NCBI RefSeq assembly: GCF_006345805.1
Contig: NC_043005.1
Location: 105,276,001-105,340,000, forward strand
Length of the DNA stretch: 64,000 nt
Source of the DNA: Octopus sinensis
Taxonomy: Eukaryota
Reading direction: 5' to 3'
Position numbers and translations under genes: made by a program. Of this stretch, positions 51,607 through 64,000 are shown in pieces. The notes under the pieces are model-generated. The model was not told the origin of the DNA, made no database searches, and saw only the letters and a program-made list of their open reading frames with translations. The number at the start of each line of letters is the position of its first letter. Within the stretch, counting starts at the first letter, position 1.

Positions 51607-53392
51607 ACACATATCTTTCAATATCTTAGTTATGAAGGCTACCAAACTGTTCATGGTTTCTATACATTTACACTAAGTAATGATTTAATAATAGTGGCAC
51701 AATGACAATGGAGCACATTTTGAGGGAGAGATTTTAGCTGTAACTAATAGCACTACATGACTCGTTAACTGATATAGATTATTATTATACACAATTAATT
51801 TTCAAGAAAGTATATTAACATATTTTCAAGTTTTCTATTACTTTGGCCTCTTCTACAAGATTTTCTGTACGCTGAAATAGATGTTAACTATATATTCCGA
51901 AGCTAATGATACTTCTTTATCACAGTAAGCATTTCTCTTTGGCCACAACGATCCAACATAAAAAATATACAATGCACAAAATAGAATAGAAATATTGTAG
52001 CTGAAAGTCATTAAAAAAAATGGCAATAAATTTATGCAATACTTTTCATGGTTATTCAAAGGAAAAAGTACTAAGAGAAAAAAGAGATATAAACATCAAT
52101 TACAACCTCCCATTCACTAGTTCATTTTCTTCATGAAATTTAATTAAAAAAAATTATTCTAATCTAGGAGGAATGCAGCAGTTGTAACGTTCATGCTGGC
52201 CTCCCGACGATGATACGCCAGAGCAATGGTAACCCAGAATCGGAAAATGGAGTGGGTGGAGAGAAATCGACCCGCTACAAAGTTTACTGGACGTATAATA
52301 ATTCCTCATTAACTACAGCGTTGAAACAGTTTGGTCTTTTTTTAAGAATCCTTTCGTTCCTATTCTAATACACCAAATCGATATTAACGATATTTCTCGA
52401 CGAAGTAAGTACTGAACTAAGATTGCTAAACGCGATGGGTCAATAGAAGAGGGTGTGAACAGAATGGCGAGTGGAGAAGTGCTATGGCAACTCCTTTTTA
52501 TGAACTACGACAAAGTGTCATCTCTCTTAGCTAAAGGGATGGAAGGATATTTTGGAAACAACAGCAACATACTAAGAAGAATGGATTGTTAACTAGAATG
52601 CTTAGACATGAAAAGAGTTGGCTTTCCTTTTTCTTTTCTTTATATATCTTTTATAAACAAATACATTCAAGAGTCATAAAGGTTAATTAAAATTAGATGT
52701 GTGTGTGTATGCATGTATGTATAATGCAATGTAAATGTATAAAAGTATAAATTAGATATGGTGAAGAAAAAAAAAAGCCCTACTGCTGCTATAAAACAGA
52801 GAAAGCGAAGAAAAGAGGGAAGTGCAAAGAGATGCGTGTGAGGCAGAGGAGAGAGGAGAGAGAGGGAAGAGAAGAAGGGGAGGAAGTACGGTGTGTGGTG
52901 GTGGTGGTGGTGGAGAGACAAGAAACAACGGCAGAAGGAAGAGGAGAAGGCAGAGGAGAGAGAACATCAGTGAAATGAAGTGATAAACTTAAAATGGCGA
53001 TATTGGAAGCAAGTTGGAAGTAACAACCGCTCAGGTTCTCCCCCCTCCCTTCAATCACACACACACATATATATAAATATACAAAGATCTTTTATATACA
53101 CACACATATACATACATACACACATATATATATATGCAGACACACACACACACGTATACATTTATTCACAACACCACTTGCTCCGGCATAATCTATACAC
53201 AACAACAATACATTGTCACTTACTACACACACACAGTTTTTTTAAAGATATCTTTCAATACTGTCTCTCCCGCCCAGTTTTGCTTGGCTCTCTCTCTCTT
53301 CGATTACTACTTTCTTCTATTTAAATAATCTTCTTTCGTGCAAAATGCACACACACACAACAAACAAACAAATTGGTACACATACATAAATA

Positions 53393-53435
<43 letters not shown>

Positions 53436-53489
53436 GCGCTAGCGCAAAGTATATATGAATCATAAAGTATATAATATATATATATATAT

Positions 53490-53546
<57 letters not shown>

Positions 53547-55707
53547 ATAATCTGTTGAAACGTTACTATGGTGATTAGTAACATCCAACAACAAAATAAG
53601 TGCAAAAAGAAAAAGTTGAGTTGTAGGAGGGAATTGTGAGTATCAGTGATAGTAAAAGGGAGAGAAGAGAGTTTCTGGCATAGAAAAATTAAATTACAAA
53701 AGACTGGAGAAAGAGTGAGAGAGATAAAGAGTGCCTGGTTCATAAAAAACTGGCGAAAATGAATACATCGAGCTAAGAAAGAAAAAAGTGGGAGATATGC
53801 AAAGTGTATGTAGAAGGCTTTTGTTAAAAGGAAGCTGTTTAATTGCTTTTAAGTAACAATAAGTTCTATGTCAGTGCGTGGATGACTGTTTGGAACGAAT
53901 GACTACTTTAAAAAATATGCTTTAAGATGATAATGTCGGTGGTGTTGATGATTGGAAAAAGATGACAGCAGTAATAACGTTTTTGTGTATCTCTCTGGTA
54001 TACATAGATAATATATCCATAATCATTCCTTTAACAAAACCATTCTATCGTTGCAGTTTTCAGTCATCGTCGTCATCACAATCAGTATCATTATTTCTGT
54101 GGTTGTAGGACCTTCTGCATCACCTCAATGACAACGAAGCGATGATGATGAGAAGGAGAAAAGCAGAAAGCGATCTGATAATTTCTTTAAAATCCTATCT
54201 CCATTAACTTGCTGAACTTTTTGCTCTCGCCAAATGCGTCTTGTGAAAACTTCATTGTCATTCGGTTGCTCTTGTTGTTGTACATCCGTAAGATGTAAAC
54301 CAGTGAATATGTATATGTATCTTAGTGACAAACATCACTTTGTAGAGGTAGATTTTTTTTCATTAAAAAAAAGGGGTAGGGTAAACGATTTTCTTTTGTG
54401 GTTTCTTTTTCTTTTTCGGTGTGTATGTGTATCTGTGCGCGCAATTTGCTTCTTTCTTTTTTTGTTTAAACAATGATAACTTGGGAGCCATCATCATCAC
54501 TAACAATTATCAGCTGTATCAATGATGTGTTTATGTGGAAGCACATTTTTGTTGTGTTTTCATCGATATCGTTCCAAAAACAACCAAAGATAATACAAAA
54601 ACGCAGGATTGTTTATTTTACTCAGTGCGCGTAGCTGTAGGTGCGTGTGTGCAAGCGTGCAGAGATGTGTGTGTGTCAGCGTGCGTACGCGCATTTCCTT
54701 GCTTGCTCGCATGATCGTTCGTTATAAACCATTCCTTTCCCTCGACAACACATTTTCTTGACATAACACCTCTCATAATTCTTTTCACTGACAAAACGAA
54801 AAGATGAATATGAGATGAAGCCGGGCAGGAGAAATGAAGAATAAAACAAAAGAAACATTGTGAAAATGGAAGGAGAGAGAGAGAGAATGTTAGGAATCTA
54901 CAAATAATATATCACAAATATGTATTCAAGTGTCGAAGCCGAAATATGAATGTATATGACTAATATACGATATATAATTTTAATGAGTGTGTGTATAATT
55001 AAACAGAAGCCACTCTGATAGTAAAATGGAAAAAAAAAACATTAGGAGACAACAACAAACAGGCCGAAATTTGGCATATTTCATTTCATCTTCCTTCAAA
55101 AATGTAGGCTTTTAGGATCGGAGGATGAATCTAGGGAACAGCGAGAGAGGGGACTGGGGGAAAAAAAAGGATGTTGTTTACTGGTCCCCTTTTAATTTAC
55201 CCATATTTGTGATATGTAAGCACGCATAGACTACAAGAGGCAAATGTTATATGTCTCTAAAAAAAAATAAAAGAGTTTGTATGAAAGAAATTCGATTGCA
55301 TGATAGAAAGAAAGTGAAAATTAGCGAGAATCCAATGTTGATGTGTGATGAATGAATGTGTATTTGTAGAGAGGCAGACACTGGTTTCTGCAACCCCACT
55401 CCAAACAGATACATATCCGAAACAAACAAACAAACAAATAACATTACATATATATACATATATATCTATATATACATACATATATGTCTATATATATATA
55501 TACAACACATACACACATACATGCGTGTGTGTGTAAAATCTCAAACCTTTCGAAGGAGATCGGTAGTAGTTACTCCAATAGCAGTAAGTTGTATTAATCA
55601 AACGGCAGCAACAAAACAATATTGAAACATCCGATCAGAAGAAGCTCGATTATTTTGGATCTCTAGACGTAGGAGGAAGAACGAAAAAACCTGGACAGAA
55701 AATTTAC

Positions 55708-55760
55708 CTTCATCCACGGCCACCCCAGCTTTGTCGCCATCTTGTCTTGTGTCCTTACCC
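55708..55760 (-). other. Putative first exon of a minus-strand transcript (ATG at 55740: MATKLGWPWMK, probably a uORF or N-terminus)
   Basis: gacaagATGGCGACAAAGCTGGGGTGGCCGTGGATGAAG|gtaaat. Confidence 0.5.
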
Positions 55761-55786
55761 AGCATGCAACGCGGCAAGATGGCGGC
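55736..55786. promoter_or_regulatory. Two divergent YY1-type CAAGATGGCG motifs (bidirectional promoter core)
   Basis: Minus-strand CAAGATGGCGAC (plus gtcgccatcttg, ending 55744) and plus-strand CAAGATGGCGGC at 55775-55786. Confidence 0.6.
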
Positions 55787-55843
55787 CGTGCAGTGCTTCG
55801 GAGCAGGGAGACGTTGTGTCTGCGTCAGACGAAACTAAGCAAA
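55760..55843 (+). other. Putative first exon of a plus-strand transcript containing a 24-codon uORF (55764-55838)
   Basis: ATGCAACGCGGCAAGATGGCGGCC...AACTAA then GCAAA|gtaggt donor followed by a T-rich intron-like sequence. Confidence 0.4.
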
Positions 55844-57293
55844 GTAGGTCCGTGATTTCTTTGCATTGTTTTGTTGTTGCAGTTTTTTTCTACTCTCTCT
55901 CTCTCTCTCTCTCTTTCTTTCTTACTCCCCTCGTTCTCTCTCTCACTCTCCCTCCTCCTCCTTTTTTCTTTTTGCAAAATGAAAAATATGTTAAACATCT
56001 ATTTCAACCCCAACACACAGGCGTAGAACGAAATGGATTTCATAGGGGGTGGGGGCAGGATGGTGGGCTTACTTATTTATTTTTTTGGTTTGTTTTATTC
56101 TTCTCTTCTGTAGGAGAGGGTGTTGGTTTGTTTGATGATTTTTTTTTTAGCTTAAATTTTTTTATATAATTTATTCTTTAAGTGCAAACTAAACATGATC
56201 CAAGTCACACACTCATATAAGGAGCTACAGACGTAATACAGTGTTATGTATATATATATATATATATATTATGACATGTGCACACACACACACACATATA
56301 TATATATGTATGACATCCCATATGCACACACACAGATATACAAACACGAATCACACGCACACACATGAATGACACGAATTTAACAATTAATCTAATTGAA
56401 TTTATATAACGGCAAAATGAAACAAAAGGAAATCAATAATAGATACAAAACATTTGCATACATTAAATTGTATGCAATATTAATTTAGTTTCTGTATACT
56501 TTTTTGGCTATTATTTCGTGGCACTTCAGTCCTCCTCCCTGGTTCATTATTTATTTATTTATGGATTACTATGAAATTTATTCTTCATAAATTATTAAAC
56601 CAACAGGAAAAAGAAGAAAGAAAGGAGAAACACGGTGAAGATAAAGAAAATATCGTCAAATAAGGCTTGAAAATTATATTTTTAAACCACTCCCTCTTTT
56701 ATGGTACGTCTTACGTATATTTACATATGAATCGGCATATTTAGTGCTCCCACTCACTCTCCGTTTCCCCACACTGTATTAAGTATACATATACATATAT
56801 ATATATAGATAGATAGATATGAGAATGTTTGGAGGTATCCAAGCTTTTGTATATTTCTCTTTTCTACCTCATCACACACGCGCCCGCGTACACAAAATTA
56901 AAGTGCGTGCGCGTGTGTGTGTGTGTATGTGTCCGTCTTCGCTAGCTCCGGAATGAGTTTGTTATTCTTCTTAGTTATTAGTTAAATATTTTCGGGAAGG
57001 AAATGGTTCAGATGTGTAGTTTATACACGCCTGTTATGTCTTACTTTTTCCTGGTTCGAATCATTGTGGTTACAGCAATGCTGGCGTAATGCATCTCATG
57101 TAATAATGATTGGAGCAGTTAGACAATAAGTAACAACATACAATTGGAACATTTTCACGCGTAGAAGCGTGTTTGGCATGACAGGTGGAAGAAAATCTAT
57201 ACACAGAATGACAACAAAAATAAATGAACATGCTTGGCGATTGCTTAAGAAATGACATACGTGCCACACACTGGCACGCGCAAACATGCACAC

Positions 57294-57326
<33 letters not shown>

Positions 57327-57401
57327 ACATACACAAGACAATCTGAAACTAATAGTAGCTCCAATTTAAATACATTTATATATGTATATTAATATATATT
57401 G

Positions 57402-57515
57402 ACACAAACACACATGCTTACACAGATGTAAATAAACATTAATACACACTGTGTATCTCTCTATATACATTGACACAAACACATGCTTACATATAGATGT
57501 AAATAAACATGCATA
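57402..57515. repeat. ~70-bp tandem duplication
   Basis: ttgacacaaac(ac)acatgcttaca(c/tat)agatgtaaataaacat occurs twice. Confidence 0.8.
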
Positions 57516-58187
57516 ACAAACACTCTCTCTCTCTCTCTCCATCTCTCTCTATCTATCTATCTATCTCTCATACGCGCATGCGAGAAAATATGCTTTGTGT
57601 TCCTGCTTTCTATCGACTAATGTTCCCGATAAAAACAATAAGCTAAAATCAAGGGAACGTATCACAAGTCTAGCCCTTACCCGCTTTCCCCTCTTCTGAT
57701 TTCTCTGTCTCTCTCTGTCTCTCTCTGTATATGTATGTATATATATTATATGTGTGTGTGTGTGTGTGTAACTTTATTTTACCTTTATTCCTGTCGGGTT
57801 GTTTACAAGTCATACATACGTATGTTGAGAGTAGCAGAAAGAGGAGAACTTGGAGAAAGAAAACAGTTATTAACCATGGATGATGCAGTGGCAGAAGCAA
57901 TACAGTTTATAGAGAAACGTGAAAAGCAGCAGCTGTACACACGCAAATAAATGTGTGTGTGTGCATTGACAATAATAATACCAAGCAATGCTACTGAATG
58001 GAAGAACGGTGTAATTATCTCTTTCTTTCTCTCTCTCTCTCTTTGTCATTCAATTAAATTCAACCGTCCCCCCCCACCTCTCTCTCGTCTTTTACTCTTT
58101 CCATTTCTGTTTCTTCTGCATAAAACACCTCATCACTACTATTTTATTACACAGATACGCACACACACACATATAGATATATCTATA

Positions 58188-58225
<38 letters not shown>

Positions 58226-58510
58226 AGAAAGTGTATGAATACATATTTCACTCTCTCCTTACTCTAACCTTATCTCCCCCTCTTTCACTATATTAATACT
58301 CTCTTATCCGCCTCATTCCCCCTCCTTTACTATATTACCTCACACTGCTCATCATCTCTATTTTCTCCCCCTCACACTTTGGATATTTGTTTACTCACTC
58401 CGCCCCTTTTGTATATTATTTTTTTTACTTCCTTTCGTCTTCCTCTCTTTCTCTTTTTCTCTCTTGCAACTTTCATTGTATCGTTTTTTCTTCTTCTTCT
58501 TCTTCCTTAG

Positions 58511-58562
58511 TAGAGATATACTACAGAAAGACACAAAATTGAAAGCAGGAGAGAGGAAGGAA
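58511..58562 (+). CDS. Possible plus-strand exon (xRDILQKDTKLKAGERKE)
   Basis: ttttcttcttcttcttcttccttag|TAGAGATATA...GGAAGGAA|gtaggc. Confidence 0.25.
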
Positions 58563-59002
58563 GTAGGCGATTCTCTTAAAGTCCCTCCTTTTTCTTTTTA
58601 CGTTAAAGACTTAATTTAATTAAACTCTTTGAAATGCCCAGCCCTCTTTCATGTATTTGGTATTATCATTTCTAAAAAGACTATACTGAACCACACACAG
58701 TAAACCTTACATATCATCGTGAAAATTTTTCACTTGCTAGTCCCCTCTTTCTATACACAATGAATGATTTACTCCAATTCATCTTTTCTTGTTTCACTTC
58801 TTCACCTATCTTTTACTACTACTACTACTGCTGCTGCTAGCTGCACTCTTCTCCCTCAAAACTAAAAGCTATATATTCTTTATAGAGATCTTTTGTCAAC
58901 ATCCCGTACTTCGCTCGTGTATTTTCCTACTCCTCATCCATATTTACAGCTGTGTTATATATATATATGTATGTGTTTCCGGATATATACCTAAAGTGTG
59001 TG

Positions 59003-59042
<40 letters not shown>

Positions 59043-59177
59043 TACAATTATACACATGCATATAGTTATATTTATATAAAATGTGTGTGTATATAAATGA
59101 TATATATTTATATAAATAATATGTATACGCGATTATGTGTATAAATATATAATATAGATGTAAGTGTGTGTACATAT

Positions 59178-59527
59178 ATTCTTTTATTCTTTTGCTTGTT
59201 TCAGACATTTGACTGCGGCCATGCAGGTGCACCGCCTTTTGTCGAGCAAATCGACCCCAGGACTTATTCTTCGTAAGCCTAGTACTTATTCTATCGGACT
59301 CCTATGCCGAACCACTAATTTACGGGGATGTAAACGCAACAGTATCAATTGTCAAGCGATGTTGGGAGGTAGGAGGGCCAAGAGAGACACACACACCAAA
59401 TCCACTCACTCGGTTTTAGACGACCCGAGAATATAGAAGACATTTGCCCAAAGTGCCACGCAATGGGACTGAACCCGGAACCATCTGGTTGGTAAGCAAA
59501 CTACTTACCACACAGCCACTCCTGCGC
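59178..59527 (-). mobile_element. Family A SINE, young-looking and CpG-intact
   Basis: Tail gactgcggccatgc...gtcgagcaaatcgaccccaggacttattc, head gggactgaacccggaacc...ttaccacacagccactcctgcgc. Confidence 0.9.
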
Positions 59528-59989
59528 ATATGCGTAAAAGTATATAAATATATTCGTATGCATATAATATATATGTGTGTGTGTATTTGTATATGCCATG
59601 TACGCATATATATCTAAAATATGTATATGTCAATGATATATATTTATATATAAGTGGTTATGTGTATAAATATATAGCTTAACGTGTGTGCATACATACG
59701 TGTGCATGTATATGTGTATCTAAGTACGTATGTGCATTTGTATATATGTATTCATATATTCATGTATGTATAAACATGTATACACGTCAATGAACATTGA
59801 CATGGTTCAATTTCAACTTTCTCATGCTTCCATGGGCCAGACAACATTTGCTCACGGATCTTCTACATCCAAGATACCCTTCTTGTTGACAACACTCACT
59901 CGTACCCATTCGGCCGATAGGGGGAAAAACACTTACTTCACTTGTCAACAATCACGACTACAGCAACACACACGCACATGTATCAATCT

Positions 59990-60574
59990 ATCTATCGATG
60001 TATATATATATTATATATATATATATATGTTGTATTATATTATATAAATATATACGTATAATATTATATTATATATAAATATATTATTATATTATATATC
60101 ATGTATATATATACGTATATTATTTATATATATATATGTATATTATATATATATACGTATATATATTATATATATGTATATTATATATAATATATATCAT
60201 TATATATATCTTATATATATATATATCATAATTATATATAATATATGATTATATAGATGTGTATATTATATATATTATACATATATTATATTATAATATA
60301 TATTATATACATTATATGTATATATTATATAATGTATTATATTATATATAGTATGATAATAATATAATTTATAAATGTATTAATATATATATATTATACA
60401 TATATGTATATGTATTATTTATATATATATATTATATAATATATCATATATATATATCTATAACATATGTATATATTGCAGCGAGTACATCTCTGTAATA
60501 TGTATATATATTATATATATATATCATATACACATTTTATACATATTTATTATATATATATATCATATATATAA

Positions 60575-60607
<33 letters not shown>

Positions 60608-60905
60608 GTATATATCTCTCTATATATTATATATCTCTGTATAGTATATATCTATATTATATACCTATATCTATATATATATAGTTATATATAACTATAT
60701 ATATATATAACTATACATCTATATACATATAATTATATCTGTATATGTATATATATACTCTTTTACTCTTTTATATATATATAGATATACATACATCTAT
60801 ATACATATAAATTATATCTGTATGTATATATTATATATATAAATACATACATTTATATACATATAATTATATCTGTATATATATATATATATATATATAT
60901 CTACA
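59990..60905. repeat. ~0.9-kb extremely AT-rich low-complexity TA array
   Basis: Direct reading; unit atacatctatatacatataattatatctgtat repeated about 3 times at 60713-60880. Confidence 0.95.
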
Positions 60906-60999
60906 CATAAACACACATTCGAGAGTGGTGATATGGTAAGACGTTTGTACCCAAGCATAATGGTTGTGGGTTCACCGGCACCTTGGTCAAATGTCATCC

Positions 61000-61460
61000 T
61001 ATCCATCTATCTATTTATCAATCTACCTATCTGCATATATACATAAACGTATATGCAAACATATATTCGCATACATATAAATACATTCATACATGTGTGT
61101 GTATATATATAGATATATATATATAAATATATATAATATATACATATGTAAATTTAAATTAATGCATATATATATATATATATATTCATGTATTTATATA
61201 TGCGTATTCATACACACACACATATATATATGCATATTATGATATTCGTGCACATATTTATATATGCGTATATTTATATTCCTGCATATACTTATATGTA
61301 TATATAGATAGATAAATGTTATATTCATGCATATATATATATATATATAATATAATATATATATATATACATTATACATATATTATATACTCACACACAC
61401 ATACATATATATTCACATACATATATACATTTATAATTACATGTATACATTGTCTACCCA

Positions 61461-61492
<32 letters not shown>

Positions 61493-61653
61493 GACATGCA
61501 CATGCGTGTATATATAACCATGTATATATGCATATGTACATATATTGTTTCAAATGTACCTACGTACATCTATGTATATATATTTATATATACATAATTA
61601 AGTAGCATATATTTATCCAAATGTTATTTACGTACATACATACATACATGCAA

Positions 61654-61696
<43 letters not shown>

Positions 61697-62225
61697 TTTA
61701 ATTATATATATGTTTACACATACTAACTGTGTGTAAGAGTAAATTTATATATAAATATACATATCTATCTTTTTCCATAGATTTAATGAAATTTGTGTGT
61801 GTGTGTGTGTGTGTGATAATATGCATCTATATCTATATATATAACTGTGTGCTTTTGTCTATATAATAAATATGTGTATATGTATTTATATATGTATATC
61901 TCTATACATATATGTATATTGTATTTATACATTAATGTATATATACGTAAGAATACATATACTTGTATATATAAATATGCCTGTATATATGCATGTATAA
62001 ATATGTATATATGCATATATACTTGTATGTGCGTATATAATTATATATATATATTTATATATAATTTATATACGCATATATATTGTGTATGTGTATATAT
62101 ATATGTATGTGTATATGTATGCATATATATGTATGTGTGTATATACATATATATGTGTGCGTGTATATATATAATTATAAACATATATAAAAGTATAAAT
62201 GTGTGTGTGTGTGTGTGTGTGTGTG
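61000..62225. repeat. Compound TA/CA/TG low-complexity region
   Basis: Direct reading. Confidence 0.9.
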
Positions 62226-62229
62226 CGCG

Positions 62230-62408
62230 TCAGGCAAGTGTCATTCCTTTCAGTTTTAGACGGGGAGTTCAATTTCCGCGCTGGTGGACTTTACCTTTTA
62301 TCTTTTAGGGGTCGATAAAATAAGTATTACCTCTGTATAACCGGTGTCGATATTAAAGGCTTTTCTCTCAATTCAAAATTACTTGTCCCACACTAAAATT
62401 TGAAACGA
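62230..62408 (+). mobile_element. Family B SINE
   Basis: gagttcaatttccgcgctggtggactttaccttttatcttttaggggtcgataaaataagta. Confidence 0.75.
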
Positions 62409-62550
62409 TATGCATAAATGTATCTATATACGTATACATATACAGAAATATATATGTATATACATACATTTATAATGTATATATATATATATATATATAA
62501 GTACATACATTTTAATATATATATATATATATTATATATACATACATTTA

Positions 62551-62581
<31 letters not shown>

Positions 62582-62663
62582 CTATACTACACTTATAATG
62601 TATATATATATATAATATATATAACATTTATAATGTATATATATTATATATATATATATATAT

Positions 62664-62792
62664 ATTCTTTTATTCTTTTATTCTTTTACTTGTTTCAGTC
62701 ATTTGACTGCGGCCATGCTGGAGCACCCCTTTAATCGAGCGATTCGACCCCGGACTTATTCTTTTGTAAGCCCAGTACTTATTCTATCGGTC
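62664..62792 (-). mobile_element. Family A SINE tail fragment inside a tacatttataatgtata minisatellite
   Basis: attcttttacttgtttcagtcatttgactgcggccatgctggagcacc...gacttattcttttgtaagcccagtacttattctatcggtct. Confidence 0.85.
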
Positions 62793-63532
62793 TATATACA
62801 TTTATAATGTATATATATATATATATTATATATACATTTATAATGTATATATATATATATATATATATATTAACAGATGTATACATGAATGTATGTATAT
62901 ATATATATATATGTTTGTATATGTATACATTTATATGTGTGCGTGTATGTATATCCATGTGTTCTTATGTGTATATATATATATATATATGCACACAATG
63001 TACACACTTATATAACCATATATTTTCAAAGAGGCACCACACCTCTGATTTGCGCCGCTGCCACTTCTTCCAGCCACAATATTATCCCCACACACAGCCT
63101 TTCCATTTTATTTTTATATTTTCCAGTCGTCCTTTACAATCGGACTTCATGGACAATATCCCTTCACTGTTTCCTGTCGACGATGCTCACACGTTTTTGT
63201 CCGCTGTCTTTGTTTCATTCTCCTCCTTTTCTCTCTCCACCCTTAAATTTCTCCCTACCAACGTTTATACTGCTTACTGTGTGCATGACTCCCATCCATC
63301 CACACCAATCTTGGCTCTTATTACAGTAATAATTAGTAAGTTACTAAGAACACCATCTACCTATCTCAGCTTGTGCATCACTATCGCCTGCCACCTCTCT
63401 CCCTCTACAACTTAAGTAAAAGTAGGGATAGCTTACCTACTACTTTATATATTTTTGTCTATCCTTTCCTCCACTCTTCTAAGTACTTAAGGCTATCATT
63501 TCATATTTCTTTTCTCTGTCTGTCTGTCTTTA

Positions 63533-63566
<34 letters not shown>

Positions 63567-64000
63567 TTCTGCAATATCACTTTTCCACTTTTGTCTTTAA
63601 AACTTAACTCACACATTTCGTTAGAATCCACTTAAATCGTCTTCAGTCTATTCCACGGCGCACAACCCAAGGCAACATATTCTACTGTGTACTATTACTG
63701 ACTCTAAATTAAATTATATGCCTTATTATTCTCAATGTACCTATGTCACACTCCTGCAAAAAAAAAAAAAAAAAAGAGCATAGAATACGCTGATTTGGTT
63801 TTTCTTTTACGTAGGGAAAGGAATGAAAAATAAATAGATAAAATGTTTTCGTGTAAAACTCTAGCCGAGCAATTCAAGCCATCCTCAAATATATTCGATG
63901 TATAACTGCTTCGGACAATATGCTTTCTCCATATCATCGTTTTGCGCCATTAACAAAAACATCTTCACTCCCGCAATACCATTTCTGCGAACAATATTTC

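Larger units (their letters stand above)
52150..58000. promoter_or_regulatory. CpG-retaining promoter domain
   Basis: Sharp return of CpG at ~52190; GC-rich core at 55715-55845. Confidence 0.6.

Noticed and set aside
63830-64000. Possible mariner N-terminal HTH fragment on the minus strand (YGESILSEAVIHR)
   Set aside because: Too short, interrupted by stops and cut by the window edge

Overview
AT-rich eukaryotic genomic DNA, almost certainly a coleoid cephalopod (Octopus-like). The call rests on its SINE families, RTE-LINE tail repeats and dense (TA/CA/TACA)n microsatellites. There are no rRNA or tRNA genes, no CRISPR arrays and no intact long ORF; nearly all ORFs in the supplied track are microsatellite or transposon read-through. 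The window is mostly intron. Two CpG-depleted, A-rich (+) domains (about 1-32.9 kb and 38.2-52.1 kb) look like methylated gene bodies transcribed from the minus strand. Two CpG-retaining promoter-like domains lie at about 33-38 kb and 52-58 kb. Several short minus-strand exon candidates have good splice signals (670-712, 16735-16776, 28667-28796, 36883-36935, 50960-51044, first exon at 55708), but I could not recognise the protein. Identifiable transposon relics: two DD37D (maT-type) mariner transposases, a Tc1 fragment, two Penelope-like fragments, RTE and CR1/Jockey-like LINE fragments, a pogo-like MITE and many SINEs. The most interesting signals are a ~205-bp palindrome carrying a near-canonical minimal type-I hammerhead-ribozyme motif (4781-4985), a very compact head-to-head YY1-type promoter at ~55.75 kb, and evidence that SINE-internal microsatellites seed kb-scale arrays.
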